IMG/VR virus record: IMGVR_UViG_3300025769_000138 | Span: 1-57,206 of that record | DNA length: 57,206 bases | From: a virus | Lineage: Duplodnaviria > Caudoviricetes | Direction: 5' to 3' (one strand) | Shown here: one piece after another, positions 1 through 8,113 of the stretch | Numbering within the stretch: the stretch's first letter is position 1 | How the letters are laid out: every line of letters begins with the position of its first letter | The notes under the pieces: generated by a model | The model's database searches: none | The model's input: the letters and a program-made list of their open reading frames with translations, nothing else | Told to the model about the DNA's origin: nothing | Translations under genes and position numbers: made by a program

Positions 1-228
1 CAGCAGAATGTATGTAGTTTTCTGTAAACCATTCAGTAAAATTATCAACACAAGTATCACCATCATAATAATCTAACGCTGTGTCAATGTCTTCTGTATG
101 GTCGCTTAAGTATTCTGAGTTATTAAATGCTTCAATTAATTTTTGTTTTTCTTGTGTGTTATTAGTCATAGTTTTATCCTTTCATTATGTAATTATAGTT
201 TTATTTTACAGTATATATTTTGTATAAT
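1..228. repeat. Contig-end direct repeat, copy 1 (circular assembly overlap)
   Basis: Matches 56979..57206 except at positions 100 and 115. Confidence 0.95.
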
Positions 229-238
229 AGATAGTAAA
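210..238 (-). promoter_or_regulatory. Sigma70-type promoter for the Ocr-like gene
   Basis: TTTACT-17 bp-TATACT on - strand upstream of the ATG at 169/57147. Confidence 0.6.
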
Positions 239-301
239 GTATTTATATATGCTTTTTTAATAATTGCATTAGCTTTGTTCCTTTTTATTGGTTAAGTAAA
301 G

Positions 302-508
302 TTAAAAATCTTCTTTATAGTATGAGCTATAACATGAGTTTACACCTCCAATATCTAGCCATACAACTTCTGCATCAGGTTCATAATTATGTAGTTGTTC
401 TTCTGCATGGCTAGGTTCTTCAGCATCACAAGTAAACGCTAGCGGTGCATCTGCAGGCAATAAAGACTTATCTCTGTATAGTATAGTGTATGTTTTTAGT
501 TTTGACAT
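302..508 (-). CDS. Early hypothetical protein
   Basis: ORF; start moved to the ATG at 508 behind the AAGGAG repeat. Confidence 0.75.
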   Translation of the reverse strand: MSKLKTYTILYRDKSLLPADAPLAFTCDAEEPSHAEEQLHNYEPDAEVVWLDIGGVNSCYSSYYKEDF

Positions 509-521
509 TGGTTTTACTCCT

Positions 522-716
522 TTATTTATCATTAAGTAATGTTACTAATATTTTAATTAATTCTTGTTCGTTTATAGATTCATTAAGTTGCAACATAAGC
601 AATACGTCTTGTGTATCAAAATCTTTGCAAGCATCTTTATACTGTTCTATCATTTGCTTGCGTTGTCCGTTGATATAGGATTCTACTATATCATTTATTC
701 TTTCACCTAATGTCAT
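522..716 (-). CDS. Early hypothetical protein
   Basis: ORF with boundary repeat/RBS. Confidence 0.75.
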   Translation of the reverse strand: MTLGERINDIVESYINGQRKQMIEQYKDACKDFDTQDVLLMLQLNESINEQELIKILVTLLNDK

Positions 717-736
717 TGTCTTTACTCCTTTAAGTA

Positions 737-901
737 TTATAAATCTATATAGTTACTTTCATGAATATATCTACAAGTATTTATTAATTCCCTTGCCATA
801 TCCACGGGTATACCTTGGTGCTCTGCAAACTTCTTTATGGTTAAGTAGTTGTTTATATAGTCTAAGTATATTTCACTAAGTGTATATCTATTGTTTCGCA
901 T
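737..901 (-). CDS. Early hypothetical protein (54 aa, MRNNRYTLSEIYLDY...)
   Basis: Read by hand, not in ORF track; boundary repeat precedes the ATG. Confidence 0.7.
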   Translation of the reverse strand: MRNNRYTLSEIYLDYINNYLTIKKFAEHQGIPVDMARELINTCRYIHESNYIDL

Positions 902-913
902 TGTCTTTACCCT

Positions 914-1063
914 TTATTTTGTTAAGTTTAAATATTGTAACCAGTCTTTAGCAACCATTACCCCATACTTATGAAGGTTTATTTTCTTAATAATTTTAGG
1001 GTTATAAAATTCCAATACAGGTTTTAGAGTTTTCTTGTTTATTAGTATGTAAGATGTTTTCAT
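914..1063 (-). CDS. Early hypothetical protein (49 aa, MKTSYILINKKTLK...)
   Basis: Read by hand; boundary repeat precedes the ATG and its stop lies in the next repeat. Confidence 0.7.
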   Translation of the reverse strand: MKTSYILINKKTLKPVLEFYNPKIIKKINLHKYGVMVAKDWLQYLNLTK

Positions 1064-1086
1064 TGTCTTTAGTCCTTTATTTATTG

Positions 1087-1410
1087 TTATACTTCATAGC
1101 CTTTATTATGTATACTTGTAAACAGATTATAATCATTATAAAATGTATCCTTAATTAATTGTTTAGCAATTTTAAAAGAAAAGCAATCATACCCATTGTT
1201 ATCTATAAAATGTTTGTTATTATATTCTATTTGCCAATACTTTTTGCCATAATTAAGTTGGTTTATTAGTGCAATAGGATAATATATAGCATTTCTGCTT
1301 TTATCAAAAGGTTTTACCAATGTTTCCACCCTATAAAATCCGTCATCTACTTTAGTGAATTTTAGTTTTAATTTTTTTAATCTTTCTTGATATGTTTTTA
1401 TATCTACCAT
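1087..1410 (-). CDS. Early hypothetical protein
   Basis: ORF with boundary repeat. Confidence 0.75.
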   Translation of the reverse strand: MVDIKTYQERLKKLKLKFTKVDDGFYRVETLVKPFDKSRNAIYYPIALINQLNYGKKYWQIEYNNKHFIDNNGYDCFSFKIAKQLIKDTFYNDYNLFTSIHNKGYEV

Positions 1411-1435
1411 TGTCTTTAGTCCCTTTGTTTATTTA

Positions 1436-1633
1436 TTAACTCCAAGTGATTTTACTTAGTATTCTTGTATTTAAATATAGTGTTTTATGCACTTGCCTTA
1501 GATACATTAATTTATCTTCCTCATTTTCCTTCTCACAACTTGTTATTAAGTCCAACAAGTTGTCTTGAATAACTTTTAGGTTCAATGTTATAAGTTTTAG
1601 TTGGTTGTCTTTTTTCTTTTGGCAGTCGTTCAT
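1436..1633 (-). CDS. Early hypothetical protein
   Basis: ORF with boundary repeat. Confidence 0.7.
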   Translation of the reverse strand: MNDCQKKKDNQLKLITLNLKVIQDNLLDLITSCEKENEEDKLMYLRQVHKTLYLNTRILSKITWS

Positions 1634-1646
1634 TGTCTTTACTCCT

Positions 1647-1934
1647 TTATTTATATTGGTTAATTCTTTTTGTATATTCTTTTCTAGCCTCTGTTAGTGT
1701 GTCATAACTATCCCAAAATTCTCTATCTCTTATATTATTATTATATCCTTTAATATGTATACAAGCACTATCTTTTTCTAATGTTAGAATTACACCATTT
1801 AATTCTACGGACTCTATATAGCCGCACGCAAGGGCGTATTCTGATAGCTTGCCAGTTTTTGTATAAAATAAGGTTTTAGTATCCTCATTTACTTCTTTAT
1901 GAAAGGAATTTGTTTTAATATTTTTTACATACAT
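1647..1934 (-). CDS. First gene of the early operon, hypothetical
   Basis: ORF with boundary repeat directly downstream of a promoter. Confidence 0.8.
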   Translation of the reverse strand: MYVKNIKTNSFHKEVNEDTKTLFYTKTGKLSEYALACGYIESVELNGVILTLEKDSACIHIKGYNNNIRDREFWDSYDTLTEARKEYTKRINQYK

Positions 1935-1974
1935 TGTCTTTAGTCCTTTAATAATTGATTCGTTCGATAACTCT

Positions 1975-2003
1975 ATTAATACACATATTGATTATGTATG
2001 CAA
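1975..2003 (-). promoter_or_regulatory. Putative early sigma70 promoter with A/T-tract UP element
   Basis: TTGCAT-16/17 bp-TATTAAT on - strand with A/T tracts upstream. Confidence 0.6.
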
Positions 2004-2071
2004 GCATTATTTTAAAGAAAGTTGAAAAAAGTTTTTAAAGTATTGATATTAAAGAATATTTTAAAGATGGT

Positions 2072-2102
2072 AGACTAAAGAAAGACTAAAGAAAGACTAA
2101 AG
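2072..2102 (+). repeat. Tandem 11-bp repeat AGACTAAAG(AA) x3
   Basis: CTAAAG at 2075, 2086, 2097. Confidence 0.9.
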
Positions 2103-2143
2103 TTAATATATTAATACATTATAGGAGGGTATATATTTTAGAA

Positions 2144-2159
2144 TGTTTCACATGAAACA
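2144..2159. promoter_or_regulatory. parS-like palindrome TGTTTCACATGAAACA
   Basis: 15/16 match to chromosomal parS consensus TGTTTCACGTGAAACA. Confidence 0.6.
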
Positions 2160-2720
2160 ATAGGGGAGGATAGATTTTAGATTTTAGCTAAGGCTTTAGT
2201 TATGTTTGGACTCACCCCAAAGAACAACCCCCATAAATATCCCTCAATTCCCTTTTTAAATCAAGGCTTAAGCCCTAGCATTAGTTAAATTCTTAAGGGG
2301 TATGCGGGGGTCAGGGGGACTAGTGTAGGTAGTATATACCAAACCCCTGGAAAATCCCCAAAAAATAGTAATTCCAGTTAGTATATAAGCACCCCCTATG
2401 GACCTATCTAAAAAATATTATAAAAAATAGGGATCTAAAATAAAAATAAAATAAAAACCATTAGTAGTTTTCCTACTAGCATAAGATATCAGTGGAAGAA
2501 CTCTTAAGAAACCCCTTTAAATCTGCGCTTAAAAGGTTGATACCTGTTAGTATATAAAGAATATATTATAAACTCTATGTATTATAACTAAAACTTATAA
2601 AGAATAGTATGTTATTAGTTTTATTAAAGTTATATTATAGAAACTCATAGCATATATAAAGTTTGTCAAGCTTTTTCTTATTTCAAGAAGCTAGGTTTTC
2701 TGCGGGTTTCAGCACCCTAT

Positions 2721-2749
2721 TTGACATTAGTATAAAAAATCTGTATAAT
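2721..2749 (+). promoter_or_regulatory. Consensus sigma70 promoter facing the morphogenesis arm
   Basis: TTGACA-17 bp-TATAAT, perfect consensus. Confidence 0.8.
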
Positions 2750-2812
2750 GTTTATTGAGGGTGGGGAAAATACTATCTTAAGCTTAAGACTAGAGCCTAA
2801 ATCTTAGAGACA

Positions 2813-2896
2813 CTAAAGACTTTAGCTAAAAACTTTCTAAAGTCCTACTAAAGTCTTTCTAAAGAATATAAGATTCCTACTAAAACCCTAATAAAG
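2813..2896 (+). repeat. Degenerate CTAAAG array with 11-bp period
   Basis: CTAAAR at 2813, 2826, 2837, 2848, 2859, 2880. Confidence 0.75.
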
Positions 2897-2911
2897 TCTT
2901 TATAAAAACAA

Positions 2912-2993
2912 TAACTAAAAGAATATAAATAATATCTCTAAGATAATAAGACTTAACTAAAAGAAAATAAAATATATCTTAAAGATAAAGACT
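2912..2993 (+). repeat. Imperfect tandem duplication of about 41 bp
   Basis: TAACTAAAAGAA...AAGACT at 2912-2953 and 2954-2993. Confidence 0.65.
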
Positions 2994-3001
2994 TAAGTAT
3001 A

Positions 3002-3193
3002 ATGTATAATAAAATATTAAATGAGATAAATAGTATATCTTACTGTACATTAGATAAATATCTAAAAGAATTAGAATTATTATGTTTATCTGTACATGTA
3101 AAGAATAAGTTTCCTTTAGATAAAAGAAATATAAAGGAAATATATAATATCATATGTGATGAATTTAAAATTATTCCACCTGTAGAGGTATAA
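3002..3193 (+). CDS. Possible hypothetical protein
   Basis: 63-aa ORF without a clear RBS. Confidence 0.35.
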   Translation: MYNKILNEINSISYCTLDKYLKELELLCLSVHVKNKFPLDKRNIKEIYNIICDEFKIIPPVEV

Positions 3194-3271
3194 GCTATAG
3201 TCTGTGTCTTAAAGATATAGATCTTTTCTTATAGTATCTTATACCTCTTTCATTTTGTATAAATAAAGTTT

Positions 3272-3556
3272 ATGAACGGACAAATTCAAAGAAGAGGAAG
3301 TTTCTATATTGCTATAGCTCCAGGTAGAGTTAGATTAGAAGGTGAATATAGAACTAAGTCTCAAGCCTTAGCAGCTTTAAATGAGTATAATATATCTGTA
3401 CATCAAGAGAAGATAGATCTTCTTGCTAAAGAATCTGAAAGAAAAGCTAAAGAAGCTGAAGAGCTTAAAGAAATACAAGCTGTAGTAGAAAAGAGAAAAG
3501 CAGCTAGAGCTAAAAAGAAATCAACTAAAAATAAATCAACTAAAGGAAGTAAGTAA
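3272..3556 (+). CDS. Hypothetical protein with basic C-terminus
   Basis: ORF coupled to next gene by TAATG. Confidence 0.7.
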   Translation: MNGQIQRRGSFYIAIAPGRVRLEGEYRTKSQALAALNEYNISVHQEKIDLLAKESERKAKEAEELKEIQAVVEKRKAARAKKKSTKNKSTKGSK

Positions 3557-3846
3557 TGCCTTTATTAGTATTATGTGCAGCTCAAGCTAATGGAACTAGT
3601 ACAGCTGTAAAGATGGATAGGTCAAGCTATAACTATAGAGCAGGATCTATTTATGTATCAGGGACTTTTGATGGAGCTACTGTACAATTAGAAGCTACCC
3701 CTGATGATGGAACTACCTGGTTTAATGTATCAGGAGGTAGCTTCACAGCTAAAGAAGCTAAAGAATTAAGTATCAGTGCTACTCATTTAAGAGTAACAGT
3801 ATCTGGTGGTGGTGGATCTGAAAGTATTAACGTTTGGTTAGGATAG
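3556..3846 (+). CDS. Small beta-rich probable virion protein
   Basis: GTFDGATVQLE...DDGTTW pattern typical of phage beta-sandwich domains. Confidence 0.55.
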   Translation: MPLLVLCAAQANGTSTAVKMDRSSYNYRAGSIYVSGTFDGATVQLEATPDDGTTWFNVSGGSFTAKEAKELSISATHLRVTVSGGGGSESINVWLG

Positions 3847-3850
3847 TAAT

Positions 3851-5011
3851 TTGGCTTTAATAGATCCTAATCAATCTATTGTCTCTTCAGGTAATAGTTC
3901 TGTAACCCCTTTGTCTAGTGGAGCCACCTTCACAGGTACAGGAGAACGGAATGATTTTAGTCATGTAGGAGTACAACTAAAAACTGATAATCCAGGTACA
4001 TTATATTTTGATTTCAGTATTGATGGTACTAACTGGGATAGTACATATCCTGTAAATGGATTTAGAGTAGCAGCTAATATATCTGAATTTCACACTGCGG
4101 TTAAATTAGGTAGGTACTTTCGGGTTCGATTAGTTAATGATACAGGCGCACAGACATTCTTACGTCTCGCCACCTATTATGGAAACTATTTTGTTCCGTC
4201 TGTAGCACCTCTCAATCAACAGGCAGGATTAAACCAAGATGCTATATTTACTAGAGGCACTATACCCCAAGATGAAATACGTATAGGTAGACGAGCTGGG
4301 GCAGACGGCTGGACTAAATTCGGTTATAGGGATGACCTACAATCAGCTTCTGGAGAGCAAACTATATGGGCTGCTTCTGGTAATTTTACTCCTTTAACAA
4401 GTGCTGAAACATTTGATATTGCTTATGATGGTACGGCTGGTGGATCCACAGATGGTGCAGGTACTAATGGAGCTACAGAACTAGCCTTCTATTATATAGA
4501 TTCAGATGGGCTTCCTGCTATATCTACTCATACATTAGGTACTGATGGTAGTGATACTACTTCTTTTAGTGGCTTAGGTATTAATAGGGTTGCTGTTAGT
4601 GCAAGTGGATCTAATGATTATAATACAAGTGATATAACTGTAACAGCTACTACATCAGGTACGACTCAGGCTATTATACCTGCTGAGGGAAGTGTTACTC
4701 AGCAAGCTATATATTTTAATGGGTCTAATCATGATGCTATACTTAAGTACCTATTTTTTAATGTTAATAAATTATCAGGATCGAATCCTAAAGTTACTGT
4801 AAAAGCCTATGTTTATAATAGAGCGGTAGCCACTAGGTATGAAGTGTTTAGACATATTATTGATACTCAATCAGAGAATACTATAACTATTACTGAACCT
4901 GTAGGATTTAATTTATCCCCTACAGATGTGTTATACTTTACAGCTGATACAGATCAGAATGATACAGTGATTACTTTAAGATTTAGTTTAAATCAATACC
5001 AGAGGACTTAA
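3851..5011 (+). CDS. Two-domain beta-rich probable virion protein
   Basis: TTG start with GGA RBS; G/T/S-rich; SIDGTNWD...YFRVRLVN pattern. Confidence 0.6.
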   Translation: MALIDPNQSIVSSGNSSVTPLSSGATFTGTGERNDFSHVGVQLKTDNPGTLYFDFSIDGTNWDSTYPVNGFRVAANISEFHTAVKLGRYFRVRLVNDTGAQTFLRLATYYGNYFVPSVAPLNQQAGLNQDAIFTRGTIPQDEIRIGRRAGADGWTKFGYRDDLQSASGEQTIWAASGNFTPLTSAETFDIAYDGTAGGSTDGAGTNGATELAFYYIDSDGLPAISTHTLGTDGSDTTSFSGLGINRVAVSASGSNDYNTSDITVTATTSGTTQAIIPAEGSVTQQAIYFNGSNHDAILKYLFFNVNKLSGSNPKVTVKAYVYNRAVATRYEVFRHIIDTQSENTITITEPVGFNLSPTDVLYFTADTDQNDTVITLRFSLNQYQRT

Positions 5012-6963
5012 TGGCAATAGTTTATAATGATAATGAAGTAACTAGTACACAGCTATTTGAAGCTAAGGACTTTGGAGCTATAGCAGATGGTAGTACTGAC
5101 TCTAGGGCTGCTATTAATTCTGCTATAGATGCAGCCTTTAATGCTGGTGGTGGTGTAGTATTATTAGAAGCAGGTACATATATTGTAACAGGTACTGGTA
5201 CTAAATCAGATGGAGCCATCCAAGTAAAGACTAATGTAGCTTTAAAAGGCAAAGGCTTAGGTGTTACTATTATTAAACTCCAAGATACATTCGGTAGTGC
5301 AGTAACAGGATTAATACGTACTCCAGGAGCAGAGGTGACAAGGAATGTTTATGTATCTGATCTTACTATAGATGGCAACAGAGCTAATAATCTTGCAGCA
5401 GCAGGTACAGTTATAGGTATGTATTGTGGGGTAAGTCCTTCAATAAATATTACTTCAATAACTAGATCTGGCTCTACAGCTACAGCCTTGACAGCGGATA
5501 CTCAAGAGATAGTTAATGGTCAGACTGTACATATATTTGCAGAAGATCCTGAAATTACGGAACCAGAATACTTAGGAGATTTTACTGTAGCTAATGTAGT
5601 TACAAATACCAGTTTTGAATACACAGTATCAGGCACTCCTACTACTCCTGCTACAGGAAATGTATTATTCTATGATAACTCTGAAGCTAATGCCTCAGAC
5701 TATGATATTACTTTTGAAAGAGTAGAGATTAAAGATTGTAATGATTACGGGTTTGACCCTCATGAAAGAGTAACAAGATTAAGATTAATAGATTGTAAGT
5801 CGGAGGGTAATGGTGAAGACAATTATGTTGCAGATTATATCATTGATGGGCAATACAAAGGATGTACTTCTGCCTCTGCTGATCGCCATGGGTTTAATAT
5901 CACTACTGGTACTAACAACTTTAGACTAACTAATTGCAGTTCATCTGGAGATACAGAGAATGGTATTATTGTACAGAAAGGGTCTGGCAATACACCTGAT
6001 TGTAAAGATATATTAATAGCCCATAATACTGTAGAGCTAGCAGGTAAAGAAGGTATAAAGATCAGACAATCTCATGACTATATTGTTAAAGGTAATATTA
6101 TAAGAAGTAATGCCAGAGATGGTATGGAGATTAAAGGATCTACTTATGGTATTATTACAGCTAATGAGTTTTCTAACAATGGTACTTCTAATAACAATAG
6201 CTACTCTGATGTAGAAATATATGAAGAAAATGGTTCTACCCCCTCTCAATATAATACTGTATCTAGTAATGTTCATAGAGCTACAGGGACTAATAAGGTT
6301 AAGTACTTTATTGAAGAGGTGGATGATTCTTCTAACTTTAATAGTATCCTAGATAATAAGACAGATGGCAATGCTGTTACTCAAGATATATTAATATCAG
6401 GTATTAATTCTAAAGAAGGGATTACTACTCAGCCAGAAAAATATATTGTAAACAATTACTACTACCCAAGACCTACTGGAGGATCTATATCAACTAAGAC
6501 TTTAACAGCTGGTAGAGAATATTATGTAGGTAGTTTTGTAGCTAAGGAAACTGTTACAGTAACTAGGTTAGGAATTGATGTAGCTACAGGTACAGGTACT
6601 GGTGGGGATACAGCTATCCTAGGTATCTATACAGATAAAGATGGACTACCGTATAAACTTGTAGGAACTAATGATGCAGAAGTAGCTATAGATGCTACAG
6701 CCCAAGTAGAAGCTACAGTATCCTGTCCTCTAGTTAAAGGTAAGAGATACTGGATGGTAGTTAATGTAGAAGCTAATGTATCCTTATCTGCTTTTGCTAA
6801 CTCAAATAATGTGAGAGACACTGGAGGTACTGCATGGAATGGAACCTCTACTCTAGTTAAAGATACTGTAGCTTATAGCAGTACTTTAGCAGCTACGTCT
6901 TCAGCTACAGCTGGAGATTACAGCAATGAATCCAACCCTTTAATGTGGTTTAGAATAGTATAA
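5011..6963 (+). CDS. Right-handed beta-helix polysaccharide enzyme, AlgE-type mannuronan C-5 epimerase/lyase-like
   Basis: KDFGAIADG...AAINSAID cap; ERVEI..YGFDPHE, VADY and DRHGFNI motifs of the AlgE A-module. Confidence 0.8.
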   Translation: MAIVYNDNEVTSTQLFEAKDFGAIADGSTDSRAAINSAIDAAFNAGGGVVLLEAGTYIVTGTGTKSDGAIQVKTNVALKGKGLGVTIIKLQDTFGSAVTGLIRTPGAEVTRNVYVSDLTIDGNRANNLAAAGTVIGMYCGVSPSINITSITRSGSTATALTADTQEIVNGQTVHIFAEDPEITEPEYLGDFTVANVVTNTSFEYTVSGTPTTPATGNVLFYDNSEANASDYDITFERVEIKDCNDYGFDPHERVTRLRLIDCKSEGNGEDNYVADYIIDGQYKGCTSASADRHGFNITTGTNNFRLTNCSSSGDTENGIIVQKGSGNTPDCKDILIAHNTVELAGKEGIKIRQSHDYIVKGNIIRSNARDGMEIKGSTYGIITANEFSNNGTSNNNSYSDVEIYEENGSTPSQYNTVSSNVHRATGTNKVKYFIEEVDDSSNFNSILDNKTDGNAVTQDILISGINSKEGITTQPEKYIVNNYYYPRPTGGSISTKTLTAGREYYVGSFVAKETVTVTRLGIDVATGTGTGGDTAILGIYTDKDGLPYKLVGTNDAEVAIDATAQVEATVSCPLVKGKRYWMVVNVEANVSLSAFANSNNVRDTGGTAWNGTSTLVKDTVAYSSTLAATSSATAGDYSNESNPLMWFRIV

Positions 6964-7322
6964 TGAGTAAACTAACACCTAAACAAGAAGCTTTTCTTGA
7001 ATTGTTATTTGATAAAGAGATATCTTCTCCTGAAGAAGCAGCTAAGATAGCTGGTTATGAATGTTCTGTGGCTGCTATATTGAAGTCTAAAGCTTTATCT
7101 AAAGCTGTATTAGAACGTTCTCAACAGTTTACTGCTCTTCATGCACCTTCAGCTATAATGCGTATATTAAGTGTTATGGATAAACCTCATACTAGAGGAG
7201 CAGCCAATGCTCTTAATGCAGCCAAGGAGATATTAGATAGGGGTGGCTTAGTAAAGAAAGACAAGCTGGAAGTTGAGAGTACTCAGAAGACAGCTATTGT
7301 AGTATTACCAGAAATAGATTAA
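6963..7322 (+). CDS. Terminase small subunit (putative)
   Basis: LTPKQEAF..AAKIAGY HTH and AAKEILDRGG motif; upstream of TerL. Confidence 0.7.
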   Translation: MSKLTPKQEAFLELLFDKEISSPEEAAKIAGYECSVAAILKSKALSKAVLERSQQFTALHAPSAIMRILSVMDKPHTRGAANALNAAKEILDRGGLVKKDKLEVESTQKTAIVVLPEID

Positions 7323-7332
7323 GGAGTTTTAA

Positions 7333-7722
7333 ATGAGTGTAATTACTAGACGTGATATCCTTCGTAAATTAGGTACGGGATATAATCAAAAAGAACTAAC
7401 AATTATTATGGATGATGTATCTACAGCAGGATCAGCCTTTACGGTTTCCCCTGTAGCAGGTACTATCTCTAAGATTTATAGCATTATTGATGGGACTATT
7501 GCTACAGCAGATGCTGGTATCACAACTGAGATTAATGGGACAGCAGTAACAGGCGGTGCTATTACTATTACTCAGTCAGGATCAGCAGCAGGGGATGTAG
7601 ATTCCGCTACTCCTTCAGCAGCTAATACTGTAGCAGTAGGAGATGCTATTGAGATCATTACTGATGGTGCTAGTACAAATACCGTACGAGCTAATTTTGT
7701 AATTGTAATTGATGTAGATTAA
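7333..7722 (+). CDS. Probable head decoration/virion protein
   Basis: Strong RBS; T/A/G-rich beta domain resembling the C-terminus of 17728..18828. Confidence 0.5.
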   Translation: MSVITRRDILRKLGTGYNQKELTIIMDDVSTAGSAFTVSPVAGTISKIYSIIDGTIATADAGITTEINGTAVTGGAITITQSGSAAGDVDSATPSAANTVAVGDAIEIITDGASTNTVRANFVIVIDVD

Positions 7723-7723
7723 T

Positions 7724-8113
7724 ATGATAGGAATCAATCAGGTTAATAGAGGAGAGAAAAGATCCAAACTACCTGAAGTTCCTTTCAGTACATTAGCTAA
7801 ACTAGAAAGGTACAGGTCTATTTGCTTAGGGCTACCTGTACCTTCTTCTCCTTTAAAACCTCCTTATGGTTATGTTGAAGATCCTGAGACAGGGATGTTA
7901 GAGCCTATTGAAGAGGTAATACAATTATTACTAAAAGCAAAGCATTATATTAGAAGAGGCTATCCTTATACGAAAGTAACCGAGTGGCTTAATATTAATG
8001 CAGAGCAGTATATTGATGAAACAATAAAGCCAGGCACATTAAGGTGGATAATGAATAACAGACCTCCTTTTGAAGAATGTGCGCTACCAAGAGATGAAAG
8101 AGAACAACTTTAA
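7724..8113 (+). CDS. HTH/recombinase-domain-like DNA-binding protein
   Basis: PPYGY motif followed by a helix-turn-helix-like segment. Confidence 0.5.
   Translation: MIGINQVNRGEKRSKLPEVPFSTLAKLERYRSICLGLPVPSSPLKPPYGYVEDPETGMLEPIEEVIQLLLKAKHYIRRGYPYTKVTEWLNINAEQYIDETIKPGTLRWIMNNRPPFEECALPRDEREQL

Larger units (their letters stand above)
506..1950 (-). repeat. Seven copies of a 19-nt gene-boundary/RBS repeat TAAAGGASTAAAGACAATG
   Basis: Copies (some with 1-2 differences) begin at + coordinates 506, 714, 899, 1061, 1408, 1631, 1932, each ending in a start codon. Confidence 0.9.

Noticed and set aside
1-228. 228-bp end repeat as the biological terminal repeat
   Set aside because: It starts inside a coding sequence; more likely a circular-assembly overlap, with real ends probably in 2100-2810
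506-1950. Boundary repeats as a CRISPR array or integron attC sites
   Set aside because: Spacers are whole genes of 150-350 bp, repeats are not palindromic, and no cas or integrase gene is present
2036-2048. IHF consensus match TATCAATACTTTA (- strand) upstream of the early promoter
   Set aside because: Degenerate AT-rich motif easily matched by chance here
2645-2669. TTGACA on the - strand as a promoter
   Set aside because: No convincing -10 hexamer at 16-18 bp spacing
3258-3265. TATAAATA T4-type late promoter
   Set aside because: Not repeated before other late genes and no phage sigma factor is seen
7724-8113. Serine recombinase/integrase indicating lysogeny
   Set aside because: Only a short PYGY/HTH-like domain with no catalytic domain, repressor or att site
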